From Lachnoclostridium phytofermentans ISDg (lineage in GTDB: Bacteria > Bacillota > Clostridia > Lachnospirales > Lachnospiraceae), in contig NC_010001.1 of assembly GCF_000018685.1 (NCBI RefSeq), forward strand, positions 2,466,258 to 2,530,257: a stretch of 64,000 nt of DNA. The letters run 5' to 3'. Under the pieces are notes generated by a model, which saw only the letters and a list, made by a program, of their open reading frames with translations, had not been told where the DNA came from and did not search any database. The position numbers and the translations under genes were made by a program. Within the stretch, counting starts at the first letter, position 1, and each line of letters begins with the position of its first letter. This document shows, piece after piece, positions 20,070-29,132 of the stretch.

Positions 20070-21332
20070 GTGTTCCAAATAAACAAATGTTGTTTATATA
20101 CAATAGTAAGCATCTTAGTATTAATTGCTCTTTTATCTTCTATAACTGGATGTGCTAAGAGAATGAAAAGTGCAAACTTGATGAATGATATAAGAACAGA
20201 AACAGTAAATAAAAAAACTGTGGATGAAAAATTTATAACTCAAACTGCGAATTTTTCAGTGGATCTATTTAAAAAGGCTGTAAAAGATAATGAAAACTCT
20301 TTGATATCGCCACTATCTGTATTATTAGCACTTGCGATGACTGCAAATGGTGCAGATTCCACTACAAAAGAAGAAATGGAATTGTTATTGACAGGTGGGG
20401 GTTCTATCGAGGAATTAAATGAATATTTATATTCCTACGTCAATCAACTTCCTTCAGAGAAAGATAGCAAATTAAACATCGCAAACTCTATCTGGTTTCG
20501 TGACGATGAAGACAGATTCACTGTGAGACAGGATTTTCTTCAAAAGAACGCTGATTTTTATGGGGCCGATGCCTATAAGGCACCGTTCAATGCTACAACG
20601 ATTAAAGACATCAATCTCTGGGCTCAAAATAATACAGATGGGATGATTGATAAGATTATCGAGAAAATTAATCAAAATGCTATAATGTATCTGATCAATG
20701 CTATAGTATTTGATGCAAGATGGAAGAATGTCTACACGAAAAATAATATCTTTACCGGAGAATTTACTGCATGGAATGGTACTAAAAGTAATGTTGAAAT
20801 GATGAATTCTAATGAAAGTTTATATATCAAAGATGAAAATGCAACTGGCTTTATCAAAAACTATCAAAATGATCATTATAGTTTTGTTACGCTATTACCA
20901 AACAGTGGAGTGTCAATTGAGGACTACATTTCTTCTCTTACAGGAGAACATTTGTTATCCATCCTAGAGAATACTGAAACAGCCAATGTGTTAGCTCAAC
21001 TTCCAAAATTTAAGTTCGACTATACCATTGAAATGAAAGATGCTCTGATTGATCTTGGTTTAAAAACTTCATTTGATTCAAAAAGCGCTGATTTTTCGAA
21101 TTTAGGTAACTCCTCTGTTGGTAACATCTTCATAGGAGAGGTCCTTCATAAGTCATATATTAGTGTGGATGAGTTAGGGACAAAAGCAGGAGCAGTTACA
21201 ATAGTAGACATGAATTGTGGTTCTGCTATGATGGGATATACGGTTAGGTTAGATCGTCCTTTTATATTTGCAATCGTTGATAATAAAACAAAATTACCAA
21301 TATTTTTAGGTACTGTGATGGACATTGATTAA
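20070..21332 (+). CDS. Serpin (serine protease inhibitor) lipoprotein, paralog 1
   Basis: Lipobox SITGC. Serpin motifs SPLSVLLALAMTANGA, hinge GTKAGAVT and C-terminal DRPFIFAIVD...PIFLGTV. GTG start 4 nt after aaggaggggg. Confidence 0.85.
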   Translation: MFQINKCCLYTIVSILVLIALLSSITGCAKRMKSANLMNDIRTETVNKKTVDEKFITQTANFSVDLFKKAVKDNENSLISPLSVLLALAMTANGADSTTKEEMELLLTGGGSIEELNEYLYSYVNQLPSEKDSKLNIANSIWFRDDEDRFTVRQDFLQKNADFYGADAYKAPFNATTIKDINLWAQNNTDGMIDKIIEKINQNAIMYLINAIVFDARWKNVYTKNNIFTGEFTAWNGTKSNVEMMNSNESLYIKDENATGFIKNYQNDHYSFVTLLPNSGVSIEDYISSLTGEHLLSILENTETANVLAQLPKFKFDYTIEMKDALIDLGLKTSFDSKSADFSNLGNSSVGNIFIGEVLHKSYISVDELGTKAGAVTIVDMNCGSAMMGYTVRLDRPFIFAIVDNKTKLPIFLGTVMDID

Positions 21333-21387
21333 CATTTGTTTCTTAAAATAAATAAATCTTACGAAATAAAATAAAGGAGAGGATTAT

Positions 21388-22650
21388 ATGTTTCATATGA
21401 ATAAGTGCTATTTTCATAGGATAGTATCTATTTTGGTATTATTTGTTCTCGTATTTTCTATAACTGGATGTGCAATGAAGGTGCAAAGTGCTAACTTGAT
21501 GGATGGTTTAAAAGCAGAAACAGTCAGTAAAAAAACTATGGATAAAAAATTTATTACTCAAACTGCGAATTTTTCAGTAGATCTATTTAAAAAGAGTATG
21601 AAAGAAAATGAAAACTCTTTGATCTCGCCATTATCTGTATTATTAGCACTTGCGATGACTGCAAATGGTGCAGATTCCATTACAAAAGAAGAAATGGAAT
21701 TGTTATTAGCAGGAGGGAGTTCTATCGATGAATTAAACGAGTATTTATATTCCTATGTTAACCAACTCCCATCAGAGAAAAATAGCAAATTAAACATTGC
21801 GAACTCTATTTGGTTTCGTGACGATGAAAATAACTTCACTGTAAAACAAGATTTTCTACAAAAGAATGCTAATTTTTATGATGCAGCAGCTTATAAATCT
21901 CCATTTGATAATACAACAATAAAAGATATTAATTTATGGGTAAAAAATAATACAGATGGAATGATTAAAGAGATTATCGATAAAATTGATAAAGACACTA
22001 TAATGTATCTGATCAATGCTGTAGTATTTGATGCAAGATGGGAGAATGTTTACGTGAAAAATGATATCTCCTCCGAAGAATTTACTGCATGGAATGGTAC
22101 TAAACGTAAGGTTAAAATGATGAAATCTAATGAAAGACTATATATTGATGATGGAAATGCGACCGGATTTATCAAAAAATATCAAAATGATCAGTATAGT
22201 TTTGTTGCGCTATTACCAAACATTGAGGTGTCTATTGAGGACTACATTTCTTCTCTTACAGGAGAGCATTTCGTATCCATTATAAAAAATGCTCAAATGA
22301 CCGGTGTTACAGCTCAACTTCCTAAATTTAAATTTGACTACTCTATTGAAATGAATGATGCATTGAAAGACCTTGGTTTATTGACTTCCTTTGATATAAA
22401 AAGAGCAAATTTTTCTAATCTAGGTAGTTCACCTGATGGTAACATCTACATTGCAGAGGTGCTTCATAAAGCATATATTGATGTGGATGAATTAGGGACA
22501 AAAGCAGGTGCAGTGTCAAAAGTAGGAATGAAGACTAAATCTGCTCCGTTTGAATTCACAGTAAAATTGGACCGACCTTTCCTATTTGCTATTGTTGATA
22601 ATAAAACGAATTTACCAATCTTTATAGGCACTGTGATGAATATTGAATAA
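21388..22650 (+). CDS. Serpin lipoprotein, paralog 2 (tandem duplicate with divergent reactive-centre loop)
   Basis: Highly similar to paralog 1 over its whole length except the RCL (SKVGMKTKSAPFEF versus TIVDMNCGSAMMGY). The upstream 50 nt are also duplicated. Confidence 0.85.
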   Translation: MFHMNKCYFHRIVSILVLFVLVFSITGCAMKVQSANLMDGLKAETVSKKTMDKKFITQTANFSVDLFKKSMKENENSLISPLSVLLALAMTANGADSITKEEMELLLAGGSSIDELNEYLYSYVNQLPSEKNSKLNIANSIWFRDDENNFTVKQDFLQKNANFYDAAAYKSPFDNTTIKDINLWVKNNTDGMIKEIIDKIDKDTIMYLINAVVFDARWENVYVKNDISSEEFTAWNGTKRKVKMMKSNERLYIDDGNATGFIKKYQNDQYSFVALLPNIEVSIEDYISSLTGEHFVSIIKNAQMTGVTAQLPKFKFDYSIEMNDALKDLGLLTSFDIKRANFSNLGSSPDGNIYIAEVLHKAYIDVDELGTKAGAVSKVGMKTKSAPFEFTVKLDRPFLFAIVDNKTNLPIFIGTVMNIE

Positions 22651-22810
22651 GGGCTTTTAAAGCCCTTATAAAATCCAATGCATTATAGCTGTCATGTTCA
22701 CATTTTATTTCCTAAAGTAATCTTATAAAGTATAGGAAAATATAGGTGGTATCATTATTTTTAACCTTTATGTTATACTAATAGGGCAATATATAAGAAG
22801 AGGACTTGTC

Positions 22811-22957
22811 ATGAAAAAGAAAGAATGTATCTGTAAAAGGACAAAATGTGAAAGACATGGAAAGTGCGAGGAATGTATTAAGCACCATAATGAAAATAAA
22901 AAGAACGGATTGCCTTATTGTCAACGGAAAACTACAAAGGATAATACAAATGATTAA
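22811..22957 (+). CDS. Small cysteine-rich protein (48 aa), putative metal-binding
   Basis: MKKKECICKRTKCERHGKCEECIKHH...PYCQ. RBS gaagagga. Own terminator at 23042-23075. Confidence 0.5.
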   Translation: MKKKECICKRTKCERHGKCEECIKHHNENKKNGLPYCQRKTTKDNTND

Positions 22958-23041
22958 GTAAAGGAAATAAAAAAGGAAAATTTACAATATATTTTATAAT
23001 ATTAGAATCAGTAATCTCATTCAAAATCTCTATAAGCGTTT

Positions 23042-23075
23042 AAAGGTTTAAGCCCTATGGCTTTAACCTTTTTTT
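23042..23075 (+). terminator. Rho-independent terminator
   Basis: aaaggtttaagccctatggctttaaccttttttt. Confidence 0.8.
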
Positions 23076-23387
23076 ATTCATGATATGTAAGATAGATTGT
23101 TGTAGACTCTATATTCTGGTTTATATTAATAAAGATTAAGTTATATCGTAGGTAAAAGATAAATAAATCTTTATTGAAACTATAATTGAAAGTATTTCTA
23201 CATTTCACAGTGTAAATATTGATAAAATATGGTAAATATGATATCGTTTCTTTATGACCAATTTATTACTATAATTGTGTAAATCAAGATAATAATCGAA
23301 TGATAAAATTAACCGATTTTACCTCAAATTCTTTAGTAATCACTTTTTAGCAGAATTCACTAAAAATATATAGAAAGGATTTTGATT

Positions 23388-24449
23388 ATGTCAAACAATC
23401 ATTTTGTAACAATTAATACTTCCACCTGGAATAACAGTCCCTATGTTCCAAAAAGTAATGGGAGAATTATAACAGAACAATGTTCAGATGACTTAACATC
23501 GGAGTATTGGTATGTCGATAGTCGAGGTGGAAAATGGTCAACCCTATTTTATAGTGGTGAAACTATCCATATTGGAGAGACAATACAGTTCGCATTTTGG
23601 GTACATATTAAGAAGAATTTTGGTACAACCTTTAGGGCTCAGTTATTTCAAAGTGACTGGGATAAGGCGACAACATTTGAACTTTCTAATAACTGCCCTT
23701 ATTTGGTTGAAAACATAGGAAATTACTATTTATTCTCCATACCTTACATAGCAAGTGAAGATCATATCGTTAACTATACCTTATCCATGAATGATTTTGA
23801 AGTTACTATTTTTTCTGCTGTAGAAAATGATATCACTGAAGTAGAGTTAATACCTACCGAAAAAGGGAAGATATCATTAGACAATATCAGTGAAATTACT
23901 AAGGAAGAAAATGATATATGGGATTGTTCTCCTTATCAAATTATCAAATGTTATAAGCAGGGTTTTCCTAAGACCAGATTTATCGGAATAAAATACAGTG
24001 ATGAAGATAGGGTCAATGGTATGTATGGTTGGCATTGGGGGCAATGGTTTGAAACAGGTAAATTTGATATAATTGAAAAACTGCTTACGAAAGAGTTTCA
24101 GAAGATATATCCTGATGCGGAGGCATACATAGGCCTTGAACGTTATAAGGAGGGAGAACCTTATGAGTATTGGATTGGGATGTTTCTTCCGGAAAACAGT
24201 GTTGTACCGGATGGTTATGCTTCTGTTGACTTCGACTTTAACAGTGTGGGAATCTGTTGGATAAAAGGACATGAAGAAAATGTTTTTGGTCATGAGGGAG
24301 ACTGCTATGAGGAACTAATTGAGAAAGGTATGCAAGTTCTTGAAAGCAATGGTGCTTGCTGGTTTTTCGAAAGATATGTTTGCCCTAGATATACCAATCC
24401 AGATAAAGACGGTAAAGTAATTTTAGATATTGGATATTTTGTAAAATAA
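23388..24449 (+). CDS. Hypothetical protein; C-terminal half resembles a GyrI-like small-molecule-binding domain
   Basis: No signal peptide. The C-terminal ~170 aa (GEPYEYWIGMFLPENSVVPDGYASVDF...GACWFFERY) fits the GyrI-like pattern. The N-terminal half is unassigned. Confidence 0.5.
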   Translation: MSNNHFVTINTSTWNNSPYVPKSNGRIITEQCSDDLTSEYWYVDSRGGKWSTLFYSGETIHIGETIQFAFWVHIKKNFGTTFRAQLFQSDWDKATTFELSNNCPYLVENIGNYYLFSIPYIASEDHIVNYTLSMNDFEVTIFSAVENDITEVELIPTEKGKISLDNISEITKEENDIWDCSPYQIIKCYKQGFPKTRFIGIKYSDEDRVNGMYGWHWGQWFETGKFDIIEKLLTKEFQKIYPDAEAYIGLERYKEGEPYEYWIGMFLPENSVVPDGYASVDFDFNSVGICWIKGHEENVFGHEGDCYEELIEKGMQVLESNGACWFFERYVCPRYTNPDKDGKVILDIGYFVK

Positions 24450-24475
24450 GAATTTATTATCATTGAGGGGGAGAC

Positions 24476-24724
24476 ATGATATTAAAGATAGTATTATTAT
24501 TAGTAACAGTATTTAGTTGGCTTTTGTTTATTAAAATAATAGTTGATAAAGGCAAAAGAAAAGAGAATGGTATCGAAGAAAATACAATTGCAATTAGTGT
24601 AAAACTTTTAACTGGGATAATTGCAGTTTGTTTATTAATGATAACAGGAGTTTTATTCCTTAATGAATCATTAATTCTTAAAGATCAAGCGACAACGACT
24701 CAGGTAGATACGAAAGGGGGATAA
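24476..24724 (+). CDS. Small two-TM membrane protein; possibly the N-terminal part of a frameshifted gene continuing to 24998
   Basis: Two hydrophobic helices. Ends in a GGGGG run, after which the -1 frame continues as DKLLPIGSVILL... Confidence 0.4.
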   Translation: MILKIVLLLVTVFSWLLFIKIIVDKGKRKENGIEENTIAISVKLLTGIIAVCLLMITGVLFLNESLILKDQATTTQVDTKGG

Positions 24725-24998
24725 GCTTCTTCCGATAGGCTCAGTAATTCTGTTAGAGGATAGTACGAAAAAAGTAATGATTATTGGATATTGTCAATAC
24801 GAGTTAGATTCCAGTGAATTATGGGATTACGCTGGTTGTCTCTATCCAGAAGGGTATTTAGGAAGTGACAAGACCTTTTTGTTTAATTCGAATCAAATAA
24901 AAGAGATAAGTTTTCTTGGTATGGAAACGGAAGAGCAACAAGAATTTGCAGACTATGCGAATAAAATATTAAAGGACGAGAGAGATAAGATAAAGTAA
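24708..24998 (+). CDS. DUF4176-like domain ORF (frame open from 24708; first ATG at 24777)
   Basis: LLPIGSVILLEDSTKKVMIIGYCQYELDSSELWDYAGCLYPEGYLGSDKTFLFNSNQIKEISFLGMETEE. No start codon upstream of the conserved LLPIGSV motif in this frame. Confidence 0.4.
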   Translation: MRKGDKLLPIGSVILLEDSTKKVMIIGYCQYELDSSELWDYAGCLYPEGYLGSDKTFLFNSNQIKEISFLGMETEEQQEFADYANKILKDERDKIK

Positions 24999-25465
24999 AT
25001 TTATTGTATAAAATAATTAGGTGGAGTACGAATAGAAATATTGAAGCATTATTTTTTAATAAAATTTAATAAGCTATAATTTAATTTGTTAAGAAAGCTC
25101 TTTGAAGTAATATTTAAATATTTCTCAGAGCTTTCTTTTTACTCATAGATTTCAGTTTTATGGATAAATTCCACAGAGTCATATCTGTTCTTCTTACGTT
25201 TCTCTTGCCTATCTGCGCGAACTCCTAGGCTGCCATCTCTTTGATAATCTGGTCTGATTTCATGATCATAGAAGTCTTATTGAACATTAAGAACAAGCCT
25301 TATTATACATTAAGAAAGAAGTTTTATTGGTGTTTGTATATAACTGTGAGAACGAAAAGTACATAAAGAAGAAGTTTTATTGTTCACATAAAGACAATGT
25401 TTTATTAAGAATATATCATTAATTATTGAAATCAAAAAGGATATATTAGTAAAATATACCTTGAC

Positions 25466-25513
25466 ATATATAGATTATCGATATATCATAACATATATCG
25501 ATAATCTATATAT
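25466..25513. promoter_or_regulatory. Perfect 21-bp inverted repeat (6-nt spacer) overlapping the padR promoter; putative PadR operator
   Basis: atatatagattatcgatatat-cataac-atatatcgataatctatatat. TTGACA sits immediately upstream and RBS tggaggg immediately downstream. Confidence 0.6.
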
Positions 25514-25524
25514 GGAGGGTTGTT

Positions 25525-25860
25525 ATGATTGAGAAAAGCTTATTATCGGGTAGTACAACAATGTTATTGCTTCGATTACTTGAAGAGAAAGATATGTATG
25601 GGTATGAAATGATAGATACCTTACGAAAGCAATCCAATAACGTTTTTGAATTAAAGGCAGGTACTTTATATCCTTTACTGCATTCCTTGGAAGAAAAGAA
25701 CTTATTATTCTCATATGAAGAAGAGATTAATGGAAAAGTCCGCAAGTACTATAAGTTATCCAAAGAAGGTAAAAAGTATCTAAAACAAAAGAAAGAAGAA
25801 TGGCAGGAATATTCTAAAGCGGTGAGTAATGTATTGGGAGGAAACTTTGGAATCATGTGA
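25525..25860 (+). CDS. PadR family transcriptional regulator
   Basis: LLRLLEEKDMYGYEMIDTL...GTLYPLLHSLEEKNLL winged-helix PadR signature. Confidence 0.85.
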   Translation: MIEKSLLSGSTTMLLLRLLEEKDMYGYEMIDTLRKQSNNVFELKAGTLYPLLHSLEEKNLLFSYEEEINGKVRKYYKLSKEGKKYLKQKKEEWQEYSKAVSNVLGGNFGIM

Positions 25861-25986
25861 TTAGTTTCCTATTAGCAGGATGTTATTCTAAGTTATAAAG
25901 CTTTTTATACTAAGTTTGTGAGCAAAGGAAATTACATTATACGTATTTAATAGCAATAAAATCATAATATAAGTGAGGTAGAAAAA

Positions 25987-26502
25987 ATGGATCAAATCGA
26001 TAGTATGTATCCCGAAAATAAAGTAGAGATGTACGAGCTATTATTGGTACAATTAAAAGCAATGTTAGAAGGAGAGCAGGATGTCATTGCAAATTTAAGT
26101 AATGTTTCTGCTCTACTAAATCAGGCATTGAAGGATATTAACTGGGTAGGATTTTATCTAATGAAAAAAGGTAGCTTAATTCTTGGACCATTCCAAGGCA
26201 AAGTAGCTTGTATTCACATACCAGTCGGACGAGGGGTATGTGGAACTGCAGTGAACGAAGGTAAGACTCAAATTGTGAAGGATGTTCATGAATTTCCAGG
26301 ACATATCGCATGCGACAGTGCTTCTAATTCCGAAATAGTGATACCAATGAAGAAGAACGGAACAATACTTGGTGTATTAGATATTGATAGTCCAAAATTT
26401 CATCGATTCGATGAAGTAGATGCTGAATATTTGGAACAAATCATAACCTTATTAGTGGAGTGTTGTGACTGGCCAAGTAGTATCCAATATGATTTTTGTT
26501 AG
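25987..26502 (+). CDS. msrC: Free methionine-(R)-sulfoxide reductase (GAF domain, fRMsr/YebR type)
   Basis: GFYLMKKGSLILGPFQGKVACIHIPVGRGVCGTA...FPGHIACDSASNSEIVIPM closely matches the YebR catalytic Cys region. Confidence 0.8.
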   Translation: MDQIDSMYPENKVEMYELLLVQLKAMLEGEQDVIANLSNVSALLNQALKDINWVGFYLMKKGSLILGPFQGKVACIHIPVGRGVCGTAVNEGKTQIVKDVHEFPGHIACDSASNSEIVIPMKKNGTILGVLDIDSPKFHRFDEVDAEYLEQIITLLVECCDWPSSIQYDFC

Positions 26503-26643
26503 GACTCCAGCAAGGATTGGGCTAGAATTAGAAACTTAGAGTACTTGGAATTAAACGTTCTACGTGAAAACGAAGCAGCGATAAAGCTTTATGAACACGA
26601 GAAGTTTCAAGAAGATATAAAGACGATGAGATGTGATTTATAA
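26503..26643 (+). pseudogene. C-terminal remnant of a GNAT acetyltransferase gene
   Basis: Encodes ...LELNVLRENEAAIKLYEHEKFQEDIKTMRCDL*, a typical GNAT C-terminal strand and helix, with no N-terminal part or start codon. Confidence 0.5.
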
Positions 26644-27445
26644 ACAGATTCTACTTCATAGCAATTCTTTCCGTAAAACAGATTCACTTCGCAGTAATTC
26701 TTTCTGAAAAGATATATATAATAGTATAAATACGCTAAAGGAATCTTTATGAAAGAAAAGGTAATTTTCATTACAGGGGTTTTGTTTACCGCTATGGGAT
26801 TTATAAATGTTTTGATAAAATCAGATTTCATCACTATCTTTTTATACTTTTTAGCAGGTCTTTTATTCTTCAAATTGTTTTATTATTGTAAGAAATAACG
26901 CAATAGACGAAAGTATTAATTAGAACATATAAAAAAACAATGGAGTTAGGATTATAAGCTAAAAGTAGCAGTAAAGGCTACTCAATAAAGCAATCAATAT
27001 GAGGTTTATAATTAACCTAGAAATTTATTTTTAATTAAATAATCAGTAGAACATTTTAAGTATTTCAAGAACATTTTAAGCATGTTAAGAATATTCTATA
27101 TAATGCTTGATACCTAACAAATTCCAGTATATAATAAACAAGAAATATAAATTTAACAATATAAGAGGTTGAAAAACACAATGAGAATTCGTAAATAACA
27201 ATGTATGTAAGAATGATAAGAAGAGGAAGCTTGGTGAATATTCTATTTTATTTAATTTTAAATCAGAACATTCACGTAGCTTAATAGTTATGAAAATAGG
27301 AGTTAATGTACTACTATTGTACATAATATACTGGCTAATTTTAGTTCCTCTATTGAGATTATCATTTAACATACAGTATTTTTACGTCCGGAGTGTTTTT
27401 TCAGGCTCTTTTTTTGTTGTAAAAATTTAGAAAGGTGGTGTAAGC

Positions 27446-27563
27446 ATGTTGTTTTCAAAATTACGTCTTAAAGAAAGAGTAGAAACAGAGAAATTAATCA
27501 GATAACCTGGCATGGAATACGACAAACTTCGTCGTAGATGCCAGTTAGAAAGGTAGGCAAACT
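27446..27563 (+). promoter_or_regulatory. Leader peptide uORF (MLFSKLRLKERVETEKLIR, 27446-27505) plus stem-loop (27507-27544) upstream of the ABC-F gene; putative ribosome-mediated attenuator
   Basis: RBS aaaggtggtg 5 nt before the uORF ATG. The uORF stop is followed directly by a ctggcat...atgccag hairpin with an inner acgac/gtcgt stem, then RBS gaaaggtagg and the ABC-F ATG. Confidence 0.55.
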
Positions 27564-29132
27564 ATGTCGAAAATAATAATTCAAAATATGTATTTTCACT
27601 ATGCAGAATATTTTCAGACTGTATTTGAAGATGTAAATTTAACGCTCGATACCGATTGGAGGCTAGGCCTCATAGGGAGAAATGGGAGAGGAAAATCAAC
27701 CTTTTTAAAACTTTTGCATGGAAGTTTAATTCCTGATAAGGGAAATGTGGTGAAACAGGTTAATACGGAGTTTTTTCCTTATGAAATAAATACGAATTAT
27801 AGAGTAACTCTTGATGTGTTAAAGGAGTGCATTGGAAATTTAAAGACGATGGAAGATACCATGGAGGAAATCATCGTTTCTGAGGATAAAAACAGGTATC
27901 AGGAATATCAAGAGATACTTGAACAGTATCTTGAATTTGATGGATTTCAAATGGAAAGTCGAATTTTAAGGGAAATAGCTCTCATGAATTTACCAGAAGA
28001 GATACTAACTCGTAATTATGAAGTTTTATCAGGAGGAGAAAAAACAAGACTTCAAATCATAGCAATGTTTTTACGGAATAACGCTTATGTACTGCTAGAT
28101 GAGCCAACGAATCATCTGGATTTGGAGGGTAAAAGATTATTAGCAGATTATCTAAAGCAGAAAAAAGGATTTTTGGTAGTATCTCATGATCGAAGCTTCT
28201 TAGATGAAGTGATAGACCATGTTTTATCTTTTAATAAATCGGACATTGAGATTGAAAAAGGAACCTTTACTTCTTGGAAGGAGAATAAGGATAAAAAAGA
28301 AAGTTATGAATCCCGTACGGAAGCAAAGTTAGTAAGAGAAATCAAAGCATTGCATAATCAGTCAGTTTTGAAACGAGATTGGGCTAGTAGTGCTGAGAAG
28401 ACTAAGAATAATCACGGAAAGTTTGAACGTTCCAGCGGATCACGAGCAGCACAGTTTATGATGCATGCAAAAAGAGCAGAAGATAGAGTTAAGAAAAACT
28501 TAGAGGATAAAAATAAGCTGCTACAAAACTTTGAAGTAGCAAAAGAACTAGAAATTAAACAGAAGTCTTTAGAGGGTTATACCATATTAAGAGTAAAAGA
28601 TCTTTCCTTTGGATATGATGGCGGTATCTTATTTTCAAATCTGAACTTTAAAGTGGCGGTTGGTGACCGGATATGGGTTCGTGGGAAAAACGGTTCTGGT
28701 AAAAGCACATTATTAAAGTTGATTGCAAAACATTTAGAGTCCGATTGTATCAATTACTTTGATGAAATACAGATTACAGAATCTTTTCAAGAACCATTAT
28801 GGAATTCTGGATATGTAACAGATTATATTATTGAGGATAGTAAGCGACATCAAATTTACGAATTATGTGGTCTTTTTGATATTCCTACTGAAACTTTACT
28901 TCGACCGATTGAAACTCTTAGTGGGGGTGAAAAGAAAAAACTAGACATTGCAAGAGCTTTAGTTTGTGAAAATCAATTAATTCTTCTGGATGAGCCACTT
29001 AACTTTATGGATATTTACTTTCGTGAACAGTTAGAAAAAGCGATACTACAATACCAACCGACTATTATATTTATAGAACATGATGAATGGTTTGGTAATA
29101 GGGTGGCAACAAAGATAATAACTTTGGATTAA
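27564..29132 (+). CDS. ARE-type ABC-F ATPase (Lsa/Sal/Vga-like ribosomal protection protein)
   Basis: Two ABC domains with no TMD. N-terminus LTLDTDWRLGLIGRNGRGKST resembles Lsa(A) ITMDTNWKLGLIGRNGRGKTT. Charged ~80-aa interdomain linker. Confidence 0.8.
   Translation: MSKIIIQNMYFHYAEYFQTVFEDVNLTLDTDWRLGLIGRNGRGKSTFLKLLHGSLIPDKGNVVKQVNTEFFPYEINTNYRVTLDVLKECIGNLKTMEDTMEEIIVSEDKNRYQEYQEILEQYLEFDGFQMESRILREIALMNLPEEILTRNYEVLSGGEKTRLQIIAMFLRNNAYVLLDEPTNHLDLEGKRLLADYLKQKKGFLVVSHDRSFLDEVIDHVLSFNKSDIEIEKGTFTSWKENKDKKESYESRTEAKLVREIKALHNQSVLKRDWASSAEKTKNNHGKFERSSGSRAAQFMMHAKRAEDRVKKNLEDKNKLLQNFEVAKELEIKQKSLEGYTILRVKDLSFGYDGGILFSNLNFKVAVGDRIWVRGKNGSGKSTLLKLIAKHLESDCINYFDEIQITESFQEPLWNSGYVTDYIIEDSKRHQIYELCGLFDIPTETLLRPIETLSGGEKKKLDIARALVCENQLILLDEPLNFMDIYFREQLEKAILQYQPTIIFIEHDEWFGNRVATKIITLD

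Noticed and set aside
25145-25260. Minus-strand open frame (..RPDYQRDGSLGVRADRQEKRKKNRYDSVEFIHKTEIYE*) ending at the 25088-25140 hairpin.
   Set aside because: No start codon, no recognisable family, and only ~40 codons. It could be a gene relic but cannot be supported.
27085-27372. 95-aa minus-strand ORF in the AT-rich gap before the ABC-F leader.
   Set aside because: No RBS and a low-complexity product, lying in an obvious promoter region. It is probably non-coding.
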